Assembly: GCA_902557215.1 (NCBI GenBank)
Contig: CACDZM010000004.1
Coordinates: 8,831-72,830 of the forward strand
Direction: 5' to 3'
Source: an uncultured Pelagibacteraceae bacterium
GTDB lineage: Bacteria; Pseudomonadota; Alphaproteobacteria; Pelagibacterales; Pelagibacteraceae
Length of the DNA stretch: 64,000 bases
The notes beneath the pieces were generated by a model. The model saw nothing but the letters and a program-made list of their open reading frames with translations, was not told the DNA's origin and ran no database searches. Position 1 is the first letter of the stretch, and each line of letters starts with the position of its first letter. Both the position numbers and the translations under genes were made by a program. Below, in pieces: positions 1-9,599 of the stretch.

Positions 1-1
1 A

Positions 2-1219
2 CCCCTAGATGTCATCGAAGCATTAGCGTGGGGCAGCAATTTAGACTGGGGTTTCAACAAACATCCACCAGGAAGCGCTTTTTTTCCAGAAATTTTCTTT
101 CAGATATTTGGTGCACAGGATTGGGCATATTATTTCTTAAGCTCATTATTTGTGGTGATTTCTTTTTATTTTGTTTTTAAAGTCGCTGATGAGATTTTAT
201 CAAGCAAACTATTAAGTCTTTTTTCCGTTTTAATTTTAGAGGCAATTTATTTCTATAATTTTACGACACCTGAGTTTAATGTAAATGTATGCCAGCTTCC
301 ATTTTGGTCTTTAGTGGTTTATTTTTCATGGAAAATTTACTCTTCAAAAGAGATAAAATTATCAGATTGTTTTTTTATTGGTTTATTTAGTGCAATAGGA
401 TTTCTGTCAAAGTACTTATTTGTATATCTATTAGCATCAATCTTTTTACTTTTTATTTATGTAATATTAATTAAAAAAGATAGAAAGTTTGATTTCAAAT
501 ACTTTATTACTTTAGAGGTTTTTGTAATTTTATTAATTCCTCATTTCATGTGGTTATATGGTAATGATTTTATTACAATTCTTTATGGCTTAAAAAGGAC
601 TGGCTTAGAACCAAGTTTAATAAATCATTTTGAACAGCCAATATTGTTTTTACTTAAACAAGTAGGAATACTTCTTCCGTTTTTCTTTTTAATTTGGTTA
701 TTGGTTAAAAAAATTAATTTTAAGTTTAATGTTAAAGATAAAAAATTACTATTTTTATTAGTTATAAACTTATTACCAATCTTCCTAATTTTTATTACTT
801 CTGCGATAATGGGTTTTAAAATCAGAACGATGTGGATGACGCCCTTTTATTTATATTTTGGGGTTCTATTTATCTATATTTTGAAATCGCGAATAAATAT
901 TAAAAAAACAAATTCTTTTTTATTGGGATTTTTGTTTCTATTTTTTTTGTCACCAATTATTTATTCTTACGTTTCAATTTCCCAAACAGATAAAAGAACT
1001 GACTATCCTGGAAAAGAGATTGCATCCAAAGTTCAATTAATTTGGAGTAAAGAATTTAATGGAGAAATTCAATTCGTCACTGGAGACGAATGGAAAGCTG
1101 GAAATCTATCGTATCACTTAAAATCACGACCTGTTTGGGAGGGATCTACCAATAGTGAGATATTGAAAAATGCATCACAATTTATTTGTGTTGAAGATGT
1201 TTGTTTGGGAAGATACTAA
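2..1219 (+). CDS. GT39/ArnT-like polyprenyl-phosphate-sugar-dependent membrane glycosyltransferase (RgtA/B/C/D-like), 5' end truncated by window edge
   Basis: Frame is open from base 2 (PLDVIEALAWGSNLDWGFNKHPP...), upstream of the tracked start at 152; EALAWG..LDWG..KHPP, GFLSKY motifs and many TM segments. Confidence 0.8.
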   Translation, partial: PLDVIEALAWGSNLDWGFNKHPPGSAFFPEIFFQIFGAQDWAYYFLSSLFVVISFYFVFKVADEILSSKLLSLFSVLILEAIYFYNFTTPEFNVNVCQLPFWSLVVYFSWKIYSSKEIKLSDCFFIGLFSAIGFLSKYLFVYLLASIFLLFIYVILIKKDRKFDFKYFITLEVFVILLIPHFMWLYGNDFITILYGLKRTGLEPSLINHFEQPILFLLKQVGILLPFFFLIWLLVKKINFKFNVKDKKLLFLLVINLLPIFLIFITSAIMGFKIRTMWMTPFYLYFGVLFIYILKSRINIKKTNSFLLGFLFLFFLSPIIYSYVSISQTDKRTDYPGKEIASKVQLIWSKEFNGEIQFVTGDEWKAGNLSYHLKSRPVWEGSTNSEILKNASQFICVEDVCLGRY

Positions 1220-1233
1220 AATTAGATTATATT

Positions 1234-2103
1234 ATGAAAATAATAATTTTAATCCCGGTGTATAATGATTGGCAATCGGTATACAAACTTACCGATGAAA
1301 TTAATAAACTATCGTTAAGAGAAGAATTTGAAATTTCAGTTTACATACTTAATGATTATTCAAATCATGATCGTCCTGATTTTGAAAAAAATCTAGAAAA
1401 TATAAATTCTATAAAGATATTTAATATGAAAAAAAATCAAGGACATGCAAGATGTATCGCTACTGGTTTGAGATATATTTTTGAAAAAGATAATTTTGAT
1501 TATGTTATTCCTATGGATGGCGATGGTGAAGATAGACCTGAGGAAATTGAATTTTTTTTAAACCAAATAAAAAAATCACACGATAAACCTATTGTAGGTG
1601 AAAGAGTGAAAAGATCAGAAAAAATGATGTTTAAAATTTGTTATCAATTACATAAATTTATTACATTAGTATTTACAAGTAAGTCAATTAAGTTTGGAAA
1701 CTTTAGCTGTCTTCCAAGATCAATTGTTGAAAAAATGATTAATGAGAAAGCTACATGGAATAGTTTTTCGGGTTCATTAAAAAAAATTGAAAATGACTTA
1801 ATTTCTATTCCCTCTATTAGAGGTAATCGATATTTTGGACCATCAAAAATGAGTTTTATTAATTTAATTAAACACTCACTTTCAATTATTAGCGTGTTCA
1901 GAAAAACTTTTTTAATTCGATCTGCATTATTTATAATAATTTATATTTTAATGATTAAAAGTAATGCATCAATAATCACTGCAATACCTCTCATTTTTTT
2001 ATTAGTAGCTGTTTATTCAATCTCAAATTTAGCATTAAGAGAAAATATGGAAGAATTTAAAAATTGTTTAAGCCAAATAAATGATATTGAGAATATTAAA
2101 TGA
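1234..2103 (+). CDS. GT2 glycosyltransferase, polyprenyl-phosphate sugar synthase-like (GtrB/ArnC/RgtE family)
   Basis: ILIPVYND, NDYS, NQGH and MDGDGED (DxD) motifs, C-terminal TM helices; ATG at 1234 preferred over TTG 1201. Confidence 0.8.
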   Translation: MKIIILIPVYNDWQSVYKLTDEINKLSLREEFEISVYILNDYSNHDRPDFEKNLENINSIKIFNMKKNQGHARCIATGLRYIFEKDNFDYVIPMDGDGEDRPEEIEFFLNQIKKSHDKPIVGERVKRSEKMMFKICYQLHKFITLVFTSKSIKFGNFSCLPRSIVEKMINEKATWNSFSGSLKKIENDLISIPSIRGNRYFGPSKMSFINLIKHSLSIISVFRKTFLIRSALFIIIYILMIKSNASIITAIPLIFLLVAVYSISNLALRENMEEFKNCLSQINDIENIK

Positions 2104-4787
2104 AAAAAAAAGATCTTTATTATGAGAGAATTCCTACAAAACTTTTAAGAGAGGATGTCAGATATTTAGGAAACATATTAGGGCAGGTAATAAGGGCACA
2201 AGAAGGACAAAAGTTTTTTAATTTAGTTGAAAAAGTTAGAAAATTATCAAAAGCTAATAAAGCCAATCCTAATTCAAAAAAACTAAATAATGATGTAATT
2301 AACTCAATCAAAAAACTTGATCCTAAAAATACTTTTAAAATAACTCGAGCATTTTCACATTTTATGAATTTTATGAATTTAGCCGAGCTAGTTGATGCCT
2401 CTAGAAGTATAAATGAAAATGAAAATAATAAGAAAAAATTAAATAAAAAAAATTTATTTATTGAGGAAATTTTTGAAGACTTGTTTAGAAAAAAAAATAT
2501 TTCAGACACTAAGATTTATGATTTAGCTAAAAATCTTAATATAGGTATTGTTTTAACAGCTCATCCGACAGAAGTAAAAAGAAGAACTTTAATTCAAAAA
2601 TATCATAAAATTATAGAGATACTTGAGGAGCGAGAATTATTTAAAAATTTTCCCTCAAAATTAAAAGTTCTCGATAAAAATCTTTACGATGAGTTGACGA
2701 TTATTTGGAATACTGATGATCTTAAAAGATTTAAACCATCACCATTTGATGAGGCTAGATGGGGATTGGCTATCATTGAAGATAGTTTGTGGGATACAGT
2801 TCCAAAAGTTTATAGAAAATTAAATTCTATATTTGTAAAAAATATGGGTAAAAATTTACCAAAAAACTTTAATCCTATTGTATTTGGTTCATGGATGGGT
2901 GGTGATCGAGATGGCAATCCTAATGTTACTTCAGAAGTCACAAGAAAAGTAATTTTACTCTCTAGATGGGAAGCAGCTAAATTATATGAAAAAGCTCTCA
3001 CTAAAATAATAAGATCCTATTCTATGGAAAAGGCTTCAATAAAAATCTTAAGTAAAGTTGGTCAATCATTCGAGCCTTATAGAGTTTTTTTAAGACCTTT
3101 GAGAGACAAAATGAGAATTACCCACAGATCTATTGAACAACACTTGGTGCATAATAAGCCGTTAGATCAAAAAAAATTATTAAGTTCTCGAGAGGAAATT
3201 CTTAAACCTTTAAGAGTTGTAAGAGAGTCTTTAGAGCAAAATCAAAATGAGAATATTGCTAGTAGTGAATTGTTAGATTTAATGAGGCGAGCAAAATGTT
3301 TTGGGATTAATTTAGCTAGATTAGATATCAGGCAAGAGTCTGCAAGACATAAACAATTGATATCTGAGTTTGTTAAAACGAAGTATAAAAAAAATTATTC
3401 AAATTTTACTGAGAAAGAAAAAATAAAATTTTTAAAGAAATTTATAACTTCTAAATCTAATAAAATTAGAAATTTCCAATTTAAGAATAAAGAAAATAAG
3501 GAAGTATGGAAAACTTTTAGTACTTTATCTAAAGAGCCACCAGAGTGTTTAGGTGCATATGTAATATCAATGACTACCTCTGCTTCAGATATTTTATCAG
3601 TATCTTTCTTACAAAAAGAAGCAAATATAAAAAACAAATTAAGAGTAGTCCCTTTATTTGAAACTTTAGATGATCTTATTAATGCAAAATCTATTATGGA
3701 AACCTTGTTCTCACAAAAATGGTATAGAAAACTGATCAATCATGAACAGGAGGTAATGATTGGATACTCAGACTCAAGTAAGGACGCTGGAAAAATATGT
3801 GCTAGTTGGCATCAATATAAAGCACAAGAAGAAATTATAAAATTAGCAAAAAAATTTAAGATTAAAGTAACCTTTTTTCACGGCAGAGGTGGATCAGCTG
3901 GTAGAGGAGGAGGTCCGATACAGGCTACTTTAAGATCACAACCTCCAAATTCAGTTAATGGCAATATAAGAATTACTGATCAAGGTGAGGTAATTCAACA
4001 AAAGTATGGTTATGAACCTTTAGCTAATTATAATTTATGTAGTTACATTGGTGCTGTTACAGAAGCTACATTAAATCCCCCACCAATTCCTAAAAAAAAT
4101 TGGAGAGATTTAATTGAAAAAATGTCTGACATTTCTAAAAACTCATACAGAAAAAATATAAATCAAAGTTCAGATTTTATTGAGTATTTTAGGACTGTCA
4201 CGCCGCATAAAGCACTTGGTAAATTATCTATTGGTTCAAGACCATCAAAAAGAAAAAATGTTGATAATATAAAAAGCTTGAGAGCAATACCTTGGGTTTT
4301 TGCATGGACACAGATCAGATTAATGCTTCCAGCCTGGTTAGGAAGTGCAGAAGCATTAAGATACTCTTATATCAAACAGTTTAGAAAAACTTTATATGAT
4401 ATGGAAAAAAATTGGCCTTTTTTTAATTCAATGCTTGATATGCTTGATATGGTAATTTCTAAAGCTGATCCAGAAATTTCAAAAATTTATGAGGAGTTTC
4501 TCGCTGATAAAAAACTTCAAAGAGTTGGACAGAAACTAAGATTTCAATTTGATACAATTAAGGAATTAAATAAAAAAATTACCCCTAAGGAAATTTTGAA
4601 GATAAGAAAAGAATTTAGATCTAAGGTATTAGCAAGAAATATCTACTCTGAGGTTTTAAATATTATTCAGCCAATAGTTATTTTTAAATTAAAGAAGAAA
4701 AAAGATAAAAAAAATAGAAAATATTTAGAGGATGCTTTGCTGACCTCTATCGCAGGTATTTCCGCTGCCATGAAAAATACTGGATAA
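2100..4787 (+). CDS. ppc: Phosphoenolpyruvate carboxylase
   Basis: VLTAHPTE, WMGGDRDGNP, MIGYSDSSKD, FHGRGGSAGRGG, SLRAIPWVFAWTQ, C-terminal MKNTG. Confidence 0.98.
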   Translation: MKKKDLYYERIPTKLLREDVRYLGNILGQVIRAQEGQKFFNLVEKVRKLSKANKANPNSKKLNNDVINSIKKLDPKNTFKITRAFSHFMNFMNLAELVDASRSINENENNKKKLNKKNLFIEEIFEDLFRKKNISDTKIYDLAKNLNIGIVLTAHPTEVKRRTLIQKYHKIIEILEERELFKNFPSKLKVLDKNLYDELTIIWNTDDLKRFKPSPFDEARWGLAIIEDSLWDTVPKVYRKLNSIFVKNMGKNLPKNFNPIVFGSWMGGDRDGNPNVTSEVTRKVILLSRWEAAKLYEKALTKIIRSYSMEKASIKILSKVGQSFEPYRVFLRPLRDKMRITHRSIEQHLVHNKPLDQKKLLSSREEILKPLRVVRESLEQNQNENIASSELLDLMRRAKCFGINLARLDIRQESARHKQLISEFVKTKYKKNYSNFTEKEKIKFLKKFITSKSNKIRNFQFKNKENKEVWKTFSTLSKEPPECLGAYVISMTTSASDILSVSFLQKEANIKNKLRVVPLFETLDDLINAKSIMETLFSQKWYRKLINHEQEVMIGYSDSSKDAGKICASWHQYKAQEEIIKLAKKFKIKVTFFHGRGGSAGRGGGPIQATLRSQPPNSVNGNIRITDQGEVIQQKYGYEPLANYNLCSYIGAVTEATLNPPPIPKKNWRDLIEKMSDISKNSYRKNINQSSDFIEYFRTVTPHKALGKLSIGSRPSKRKNVDNIKSLRAIPWVFAWTQIRLMLPAWLGSAEALRYSYIKQFRKTLYDMEKNWPFFNSMLDMLDMVISKADPEISKIYEEFLADKKLQRVGQKLRFQFDTIKELNKKITPKEILKIRKEFRSKVLARNIYSEVLNIIQPIVIFKLKKKKDKKNRKYLEDALLTSIAGISAAMKNTG

Positions 4788-4796
4788 TAAAATTGA

Positions 4797-6074
4797 TTAA
4801 GCTCTAATTGTCGGTAGACAATAAAAATCAGCTGTATCTATTTTAGAAGAGTATTGTCTTCTCATATTCCATTTTTTATGAACCCCAGCGCTTGCAAGAC
4901 TTAAAGTAGATCTGCCATATCTGTAATTAGTATTATCAATTGATCGCATTAAACTTTTTATCTTTTCGTCTTTTTCTGATGAAAATAAATTTTTTCTACC
5001 ATCGTCGTTACGTAGTCCTGTAAGCATAACACCTGCTTTCTGATATCGATATCCATTTTTGAAAATGCTCTCTAAAATCGAAACTGCAGTTTTAACAGTT
5101 TCAATACTATTGTTTGTTGCAATTGGAAAATCAATTGTCTTTGTATTTGAATAATAACCATAGTCTCTTTGAAAAGGACTAGTTCTGACAAAAACTGTAA
5201 TTGCTTTTGCAACCAAAGACTCTGATCTAATTTTTTCAGATGCATTTAAACAATAATTTGCAACTGCTTCTTTTAATTCTTGAAACTTTTCAATTCTTTT
5301 TCCAAATGATCTTGAAACTACACAGCTTTTCCTTTTTGTTTGTGTTGTCTCTAAACCAATACATGGTACTCCTCTAAGTTCCATTGCAGTTCTAGAACTT
5401 AAAACATTGGAACATTTTTTGATCCATGTATTAGATTTATTCTTAAGTTGTTTTGCATTATAAATTCCGTTCTTTTGATAAAACTTCGTAAGTTGCCTAC
5501 CAACGCCCCACACATCATTAATTTCAACTTTTTCTAAGATAGGATTTAAATTCTCAATGCCAATTAAACTTGTTACTCCTGATTGTTTTTTCTTTGCGAT
5601 ATGATTTGCAACTTTACTTAAAGTTTTAGTTTTAGCGATACCAATACTAGTTGGAATACCAGTCCATTGTAAAACTGTCTCTCTAATTTCTCTTCCAACT
5701 TTTTCAACTTCTGAGTCTGGAAAATTAGATAAATCTATAAATGCTTCATCAATTGAATACACTTCTATTTCAGTATTAAATCTTTTCAGAGTTCTCATTA
5801 CCCTTCTAGATAAATCTCCATACAAAGAGTAATTTGATGAAAAAACTTCAACTTTATTTTTTACAATAATATCTTTTGCTTTAAAGTAAGGCTCACCCAT
5901 CTTGATCCCTAGCGCTTTTGCTTCATTAGATCTAGAAATGATACAACCATCATTATTGGATAAAACAACCACAGGTTTTTTTCTTATTTTTGGATTAAAC
6001 AATCTTTCACATGAAACATAGAAAGAATTACAATCAACTAAGCCTATTTTTTTAGTACGTAGAATGGATGACAT
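4797..6074 (-). CDS. umuC: Y-family DNA polymerase V catalytic subunit UmuC
   Basis: LVDCNSFYVSCE, VVLSNNDGC, YSIDEAF, SRSFG, YQKAGV; directly downstream of umuD. Confidence 0.95.
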   Translation of the reverse strand: MSSILRTKKIGLVDCNSFYVSCERLFNPKIRKKPVVVLSNNDGCIISRSNEAKALGIKMGEPYFKAKDIIVKNKVEVFSSNYSLYGDLSRRVMRTLKRFNTEIEVYSIDEAFIDLSNFPDSEVEKVGREIRETVLQWTGIPTSIGIAKTKTLSKVANHIAKKKQSGVTSLIGIENLNPILEKVEINDVWGVGRQLTKFYQKNGIYNAKQLKNKSNTWIKKCSNVLSSRTAMELRGVPCIGLETTQTKRKSCVVSRSFGKRIEKFQELKEAVANYCLNASEKIRSESLVAKAITVFVRTSPFQRDYGYYSNTKTIDFPIATNNSIETVKTAVSILESIFKNGYRYQKAGVMLTGLRNDDGRKNLFSSEKDEKIKSLMRSIDNTNYRYGRSTLSLASAGVHKKWNMRRQYSSKIDTADFYCLPTIRA

Positions 6075-6447
6075 AAGTCACAACCCCCCAAATAAAAACA
6101 TCTTCTTCTTCATTGATTAAAATTCTGTTAGAAAAATCTTTAGAACCTGACGATAGAAATTTTTTATCTCTTTCTTGAACTAAAGTTTTAACTACAAGTT
6201 CATCATGAACATTTGCAATAACCGTTGAAAAATTTTTTGGTTTTAAACTTTTGTCGACAACTAATAAATCCCCATCATTAATTCCAACATCAACCATAGA
6301 TTTTCCCTGTACTCTGATGATGAAAGTAGCTGGAACATTTTTGATTAAATGCATGTTCAGATCGATATCTTCTTCAATATAATCAGTGGCAGGTGAGGGA
6401 AAACCAGCACCAGCTTTATGTAGATAATAGGGAATAGTTAGTTTCAT
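6052..6447 (-). CDS. umuD: DNA polymerase V subunit UmuD (S24 autopeptidase)
   Basis: AG|FPSPA cleavage region, GKSM catalytic Ser, VVK catalytic Lys; ATG at 6447 chosen because it follows the LexA box and promoter. Confidence 0.93.
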   Translation of the reverse strand: MKLTIPYYLHKAGAGFPSPATDYIEEDIDLNMHLIKNVPATFIIRVQGKSMVDVGINDGDLLVVDKSLKPKNFSTVIANVHDELVVKTLVQERDKKFLSSGSKDFSNRILINEEEDVFIWGVVTYVIHSTY

Positions 6448-6462
6448 GTTCTTGTTTTGTTC
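6448..6462 (-). promoter_or_regulatory. LexA (SOS) box, alphaproteobacterial type GAAC-N7-GAAC
   Basis: Minus strand GAAC-AAAACAA-GAAC directly abutting the umuD ATG. Confidence 0.85.
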
Positions 6463-6465
6463 TAA

Positions 6466-6494
6466 TTTATAGTCCATTTATACAATGCACGCAA
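6466..6494 (-). promoter_or_regulatory. Putative sigma70 promoter of umuDC
   Basis: Minus strand TTGCGT (6494-6489), 17 bp spacer, TATAAA (6471-6466); predicted start site falls inside the LexA box. Confidence 0.6.
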
Positions 6495-6507
6495 GAGGTT
6501 GTATTTT

Positions 6508-6553
6508 GAGTCCGTAATTGAATCAAAAGTGAATCAAAACGTGAACATCAAAA
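6508..6553 (+). repeat. Short direct repeats TGAATCAAAA x2 plus a degenerate third copy, with three GANTC sites
   Basis: GAGTC 6508, GAATC 6520, GAATC 6531; TGAATCAAAA at 6519 and 6530; GTGAACATCAAAA at 6541. Confidence 0.6.
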
Positions 6554-6569
6554 CTATATTTTGTATGCT

Positions 6570-6578
6570 TGTGGATAA
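6570..6578 (-). promoter_or_regulatory. Perfect DnaA box (TTATCCACA)
   Basis: TGTGGATAA on + strand in the umuD/cupin divergent intergenic region. Confidence 0.5.
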
Positions 6579-6631
6579 CTTCAACCAAGGATAGTTTTAA
6601 ATTCTAATTTAATTATAAAAGGAGAAAAATA

Positions 6632-6982
6632 ATGAGTTCAATTGAAGTCAAAACTTTTGATAATCCAGACGAAAGTAACACGAATTTTAAAAATGCTAAA
6701 ATAGATATTGTGAAAGTAGGAGATCAAAGAGTTATGAGATTAGTTTTACAACCAGGTTGGAAATGGTCACAAGACATTAAGCCAACAGTTGGCACAGCTA
6801 GCTGTAAAGCAAAACATCTTGGAGTAATTGTTTCAGGAGCGGTCTGCGCAAAACATGATGATGGAACTGAATTAACTTATAAAGCTGGTGATGCATATTC
6901 AATAGAACCAGGTCATGATGGTTGGGTGGTAGGTGATAAACCTGCGGTAGTTTATGAGTTTCATGGTAAATGGGGAGAATAG
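6632..6982 (+). CDS. Cupin-domain protein
   Basis: LQPGWKWS...C...H.G...SG and IEPGHDGWVVG cupin motifs; strong AAGGAG RBS. Confidence 0.8.
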   Translation: MSSIEVKTFDNPDESNTNFKNAKIDIVKVGDQRVMRLVLQPGWKWSQDIKPTVGTASCKAKHLGVIVSGAVCAKHDDGTELTYKAGDAYSIEPGHDGWVVGDKPAVVYEFHGKWGE

Positions 6983-7344
6983 TGAAAAAACTAGTATGTC
7001 ATTGTGGAGCTGTAGAGGCTGAAATAAATTTAGATGGAGATTTAGCTAAAGTAATAAAATGCAATTGTTCTATTTGTAAAAGAAAAGGAGCAATTATGTC
7101 GATGGTAAAAAATGAAGATTTCAAAATTGTAAAAGGACAAGATAAACTAAAACTCTATCAGTTCCATTCAAAAGTTGCCAAACATTACTTCTGTTCTGAT
7201 TGTGGAATTTACACTCATCATAATCCAAGAATTAACCCAGCTATGACAGGATTTAATGTTGGGTGTGTTGATGAAATAAATACTTTTGAAATGAAAGATG
7301 TGCCAGTAAACGATGGTCAAAATCATCCTTTAGACAAAAAATAA
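6982..7344 (+). CDS. GFA/CENP-V family Zn-binding protein
   Basis: CHCG, CNCSIC, HYFCSDCG; GTG at 6982 overlaps the upstream TAG and follows GGGGAG. Confidence 0.85.
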   Translation: MKKLVCHCGAVEAEINLDGDLAKVIKCNCSICKRKGAIMSMVKNEDFKIVKGQDKLKLYQFHSKVAKHYFCSDCGIYTHHNPRINPAMTGFNVGCVDEINTFEMKDVPVNDGQNHPLDKK

Positions 7345-7349
7345 TTTTC

Positions 7350-8270
7350 ATGCAACAATTCAGCTTATGCTTTGGTAAGGTAAAAAAAGATTGTTTGAAG
7401 TTTATCAAATCTCAAGAAACAAAAGCCGATAAATTTAAAAATAAAGAAAGAATGATTAAATCTTTCTTAATCCCATTATGTTTTTGGATCAGTAAAAAAG
7501 CTGATAAAAAAAGACCGTATTTTGTAGGATTAGCAGGAGGTCAAGGAACTGGTAAAACTACAATTAGTGCTTTAATCAGAATTATATTAACAAAATACTT
7601 TAAGTTAAATGTTTTTAGAATTTCAATAGATGACTTCTATAAAACAAGAAAAGAGCGAATAAATTTATCAAAAAGAGTTCATCCTATGCTTTTAATTAGA
7701 GGTGTACCTGGAACACATGACATTAATATGATGCTGAATTTTTTCAGAAAATCAAAAAGTAAGAAATTCAATAGATTAAAATTACCAACATTTAATAAAG
7801 CAATTGATGACAGGTTTAATAAAAAAAGATGGTACGATTTAAAGAAGAGACCAGATGTAATTATTTTTGAAGGATGGTGCGTGGGCGCAAAATCAGAAAA
7901 AAATAATACTTTAAAGAAAACAATTAATTCATTGGAAAAGGCAAAAGATCAAAAACAGATTTGGAGAAAATATGTTAACAATCAATTAAAATCAAAATAT
8001 AAAAATCTATATTCACAATTAAATTGTTTGGTTTATCTCAAAGCAAAAAATTTTAGCTTGTTACAAAAATGGAGATTAAAACAAGAGAGGAAACTTTGGG
8101 TTCAAAGCAAAGTAAAATCAAAAATAATGAGTAGAGGAGATGTATTAAATTTTATGCAAACTTATCAAAGAATTACTCAAAATATGTTTAGAAATATGCC
8201 TAAATATGCATCAGTAATATTCAATTTAAATAGTAACCATCAAATTAAATCTGCTGTATATAAAAAATAA
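7350..8270 (+). CDS. P-loop kinase, D-glycerate 3-kinase (GLYK/Tda10)-like
   Basis: GGQGTGKTT, SIDDFY, RGVPGTHD, FNKAIDDR, IFEGWCVG, WRLKQE. Confidence 0.75.
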   Translation: MQQFSLCFGKVKKDCLKFIKSQETKADKFKNKERMIKSFLIPLCFWISKKADKKRPYFVGLAGGQGTGKTTISALIRIILTKYFKLNVFRISIDDFYKTRKERINLSKRVHPMLLIRGVPGTHDINMMLNFFRKSKSKKFNRLKLPTFNKAIDDRFNKKRWYDLKKRPDVIIFEGWCVGAKSEKNNTLKKTINSLEKAKDQKQIWRKYVNNQLKSKYKNLYSQLNCLVYLKAKNFSLLQKWRLKQERKLWVQSKVKSKIMSRGDVLNFMQTYQRITQNMFRNMPKYASVIFNLNSNHQIKSAVYKK

Positions 8271-9565
8271 TGAAATTATTTTTAAAATTTATTTTAATCT
8301 TTACTTTTTCTTGTAGTCCTGCTCTCACAGAAAGTTTTAATTCTGCTTTGAAAAGAGCTTATGAAAATAATCCAGAATTAAATGCAGAAAGAGAAAGTAT
8401 CAATATTTCCGAGGAAGAGTACAAAATTTCGATAAGCTCCTATCTTCCATCAATTACTTTAGAGGGTAGTAAAAGTGAGGAGGACACAGATAAACTTACT
8501 AATAGAGATGGTTCAAATGCTACTATTACTGATGTTGACCCTGAAACAAAATCTATTAAAGTAACACAAACTCTTATTGATTTCGGAAGGGGTGCTGAAT
8601 TATCAAAAAGTAAAATTGGAATTGATTTAGCTAAAGCAAAACTCAAGAAAAAAGAACAAGATATCTTATATAAAGCTGTAGAGGCCTACACAGGACTAAT
8701 TTCCTCTAAAGAAAAATTTATTATCAATTCATCAAATGTAAATTTGTTAGAAAGACAAGTCGAGACTGACAGAATAAGACTAGAAAGAGGAAATATATCC
8801 TTATCTGATGTCGCTCAGTCAGAGTCATCATTGGCAGGAGCTCAAGCTAAATTAATCCAAGCAGAGAATGAACTCTTAACTAGTAGGTTAAATTATGAGA
8901 ATATAATTGGAGAATTAAATGATATTGAAAGTTTAGATAAAAGTTCAATTTTTAATTTAAACTTACCAAATCAATTGAATGATGCAATTAGTATGTCAAA
9001 AAAAAATAATCCTGATTTAATCATTGCAAAACTTGATTATGAGCAATCAAAAAAAGATACGATTAGTGCTAGATCCGATTTAGCTCCAACAGCTAAATTA
9101 TCTTTTGACAGATCAAAATCGGAAGACTCAAGTTCGACAGTTGATGAAAAGGAAAAAGATGTGTTAAAAGCAACTGTAACTTGGCCTTTCTTTTCTGGGG
9201 GAAAAAATTATGCAAATCTAAATAAAAATAAAAGTGCTGAATTACAAAAAAGTTTATTATTAGATAACTCTATCAAAAAAAATCAAACAGATGTTGCTAG
9301 CGCTTGGTCATCATATCAATCAAATCAAAGTTTACTAAATTCAGTTCGAGCTCAAGTAGATGCCGCTGAAATAGCAAACGAAGGTATTGTTGCTGAATAT
9401 AATAGTGGTTCTGATAGAACAACATTAGAGGTTATTCAGTCTAATTCGTTACTATTAAATGCCCAGATTTCATTAGCTGATTCTGAGAGAAATTATATTC
9501 TTTCACAGTTCAATCTTTTAAGATCAGTCGGTTTATTGACAAGCGATTATCTAAAAATCCAATAA
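8270..9565 (+). CDS. tolC: TolC-family outer membrane efflux protein
   Basis: Signal peptide, AYENNPEL, two OEP repeats, G.RTTLEV motif. Confidence 0.88.
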   Translation: MKLFLKFILIFTFSCSPALTESFNSALKRAYENNPELNAERESINISEEEYKISISSYLPSITLEGSKSEEDTDKLTNRDGSNATITDVDPETKSIKVTQTLIDFGRGAELSKSKIGIDLAKAKLKKKEQDILYKAVEAYTGLISSKEKFIINSSNVNLLERQVETDRIRLERGNISLSDVAQSESSLAGAQAKLIQAENELLTSRLNYENIIGELNDIESLDKSSIFNLNLPNQLNDAISMSKKNNPDLIIAKLDYEQSKKDTISARSDLAPTAKLSFDRSKSEDSSSTVDEKEKDVLKATVTWPFFSGGKNYANLNKNKSAELQKSLLLDNSIKKNQTDVASAWSSYQSNQSLLNSVRAQVDAAEIANEGIVAEYNSGSDRTTLEVIQSNSLLLNAQISLADSERNYILSQFNLLRSVGLLTSDYLKIQ

Positions 9566-9599
9566 GTATTGACCTTTTTTCTAAGATTTAAAATAGATC

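Noticed and set aside
4797-6477. umuDC as marker of an ICE, plasmid or prophage
   Set aside because: No integrase, att repeats, conjugation or phage genes, and no visible compositional shift; has a host-type LexA box.
6478-6631. Possible replication origin (DnaA box, GANTC sites, AT-rich)
   Set aside because: Only one clear DnaA box in about 150 bp and no dnaA, hemE or parAB nearby; kept only as a regulatory element.
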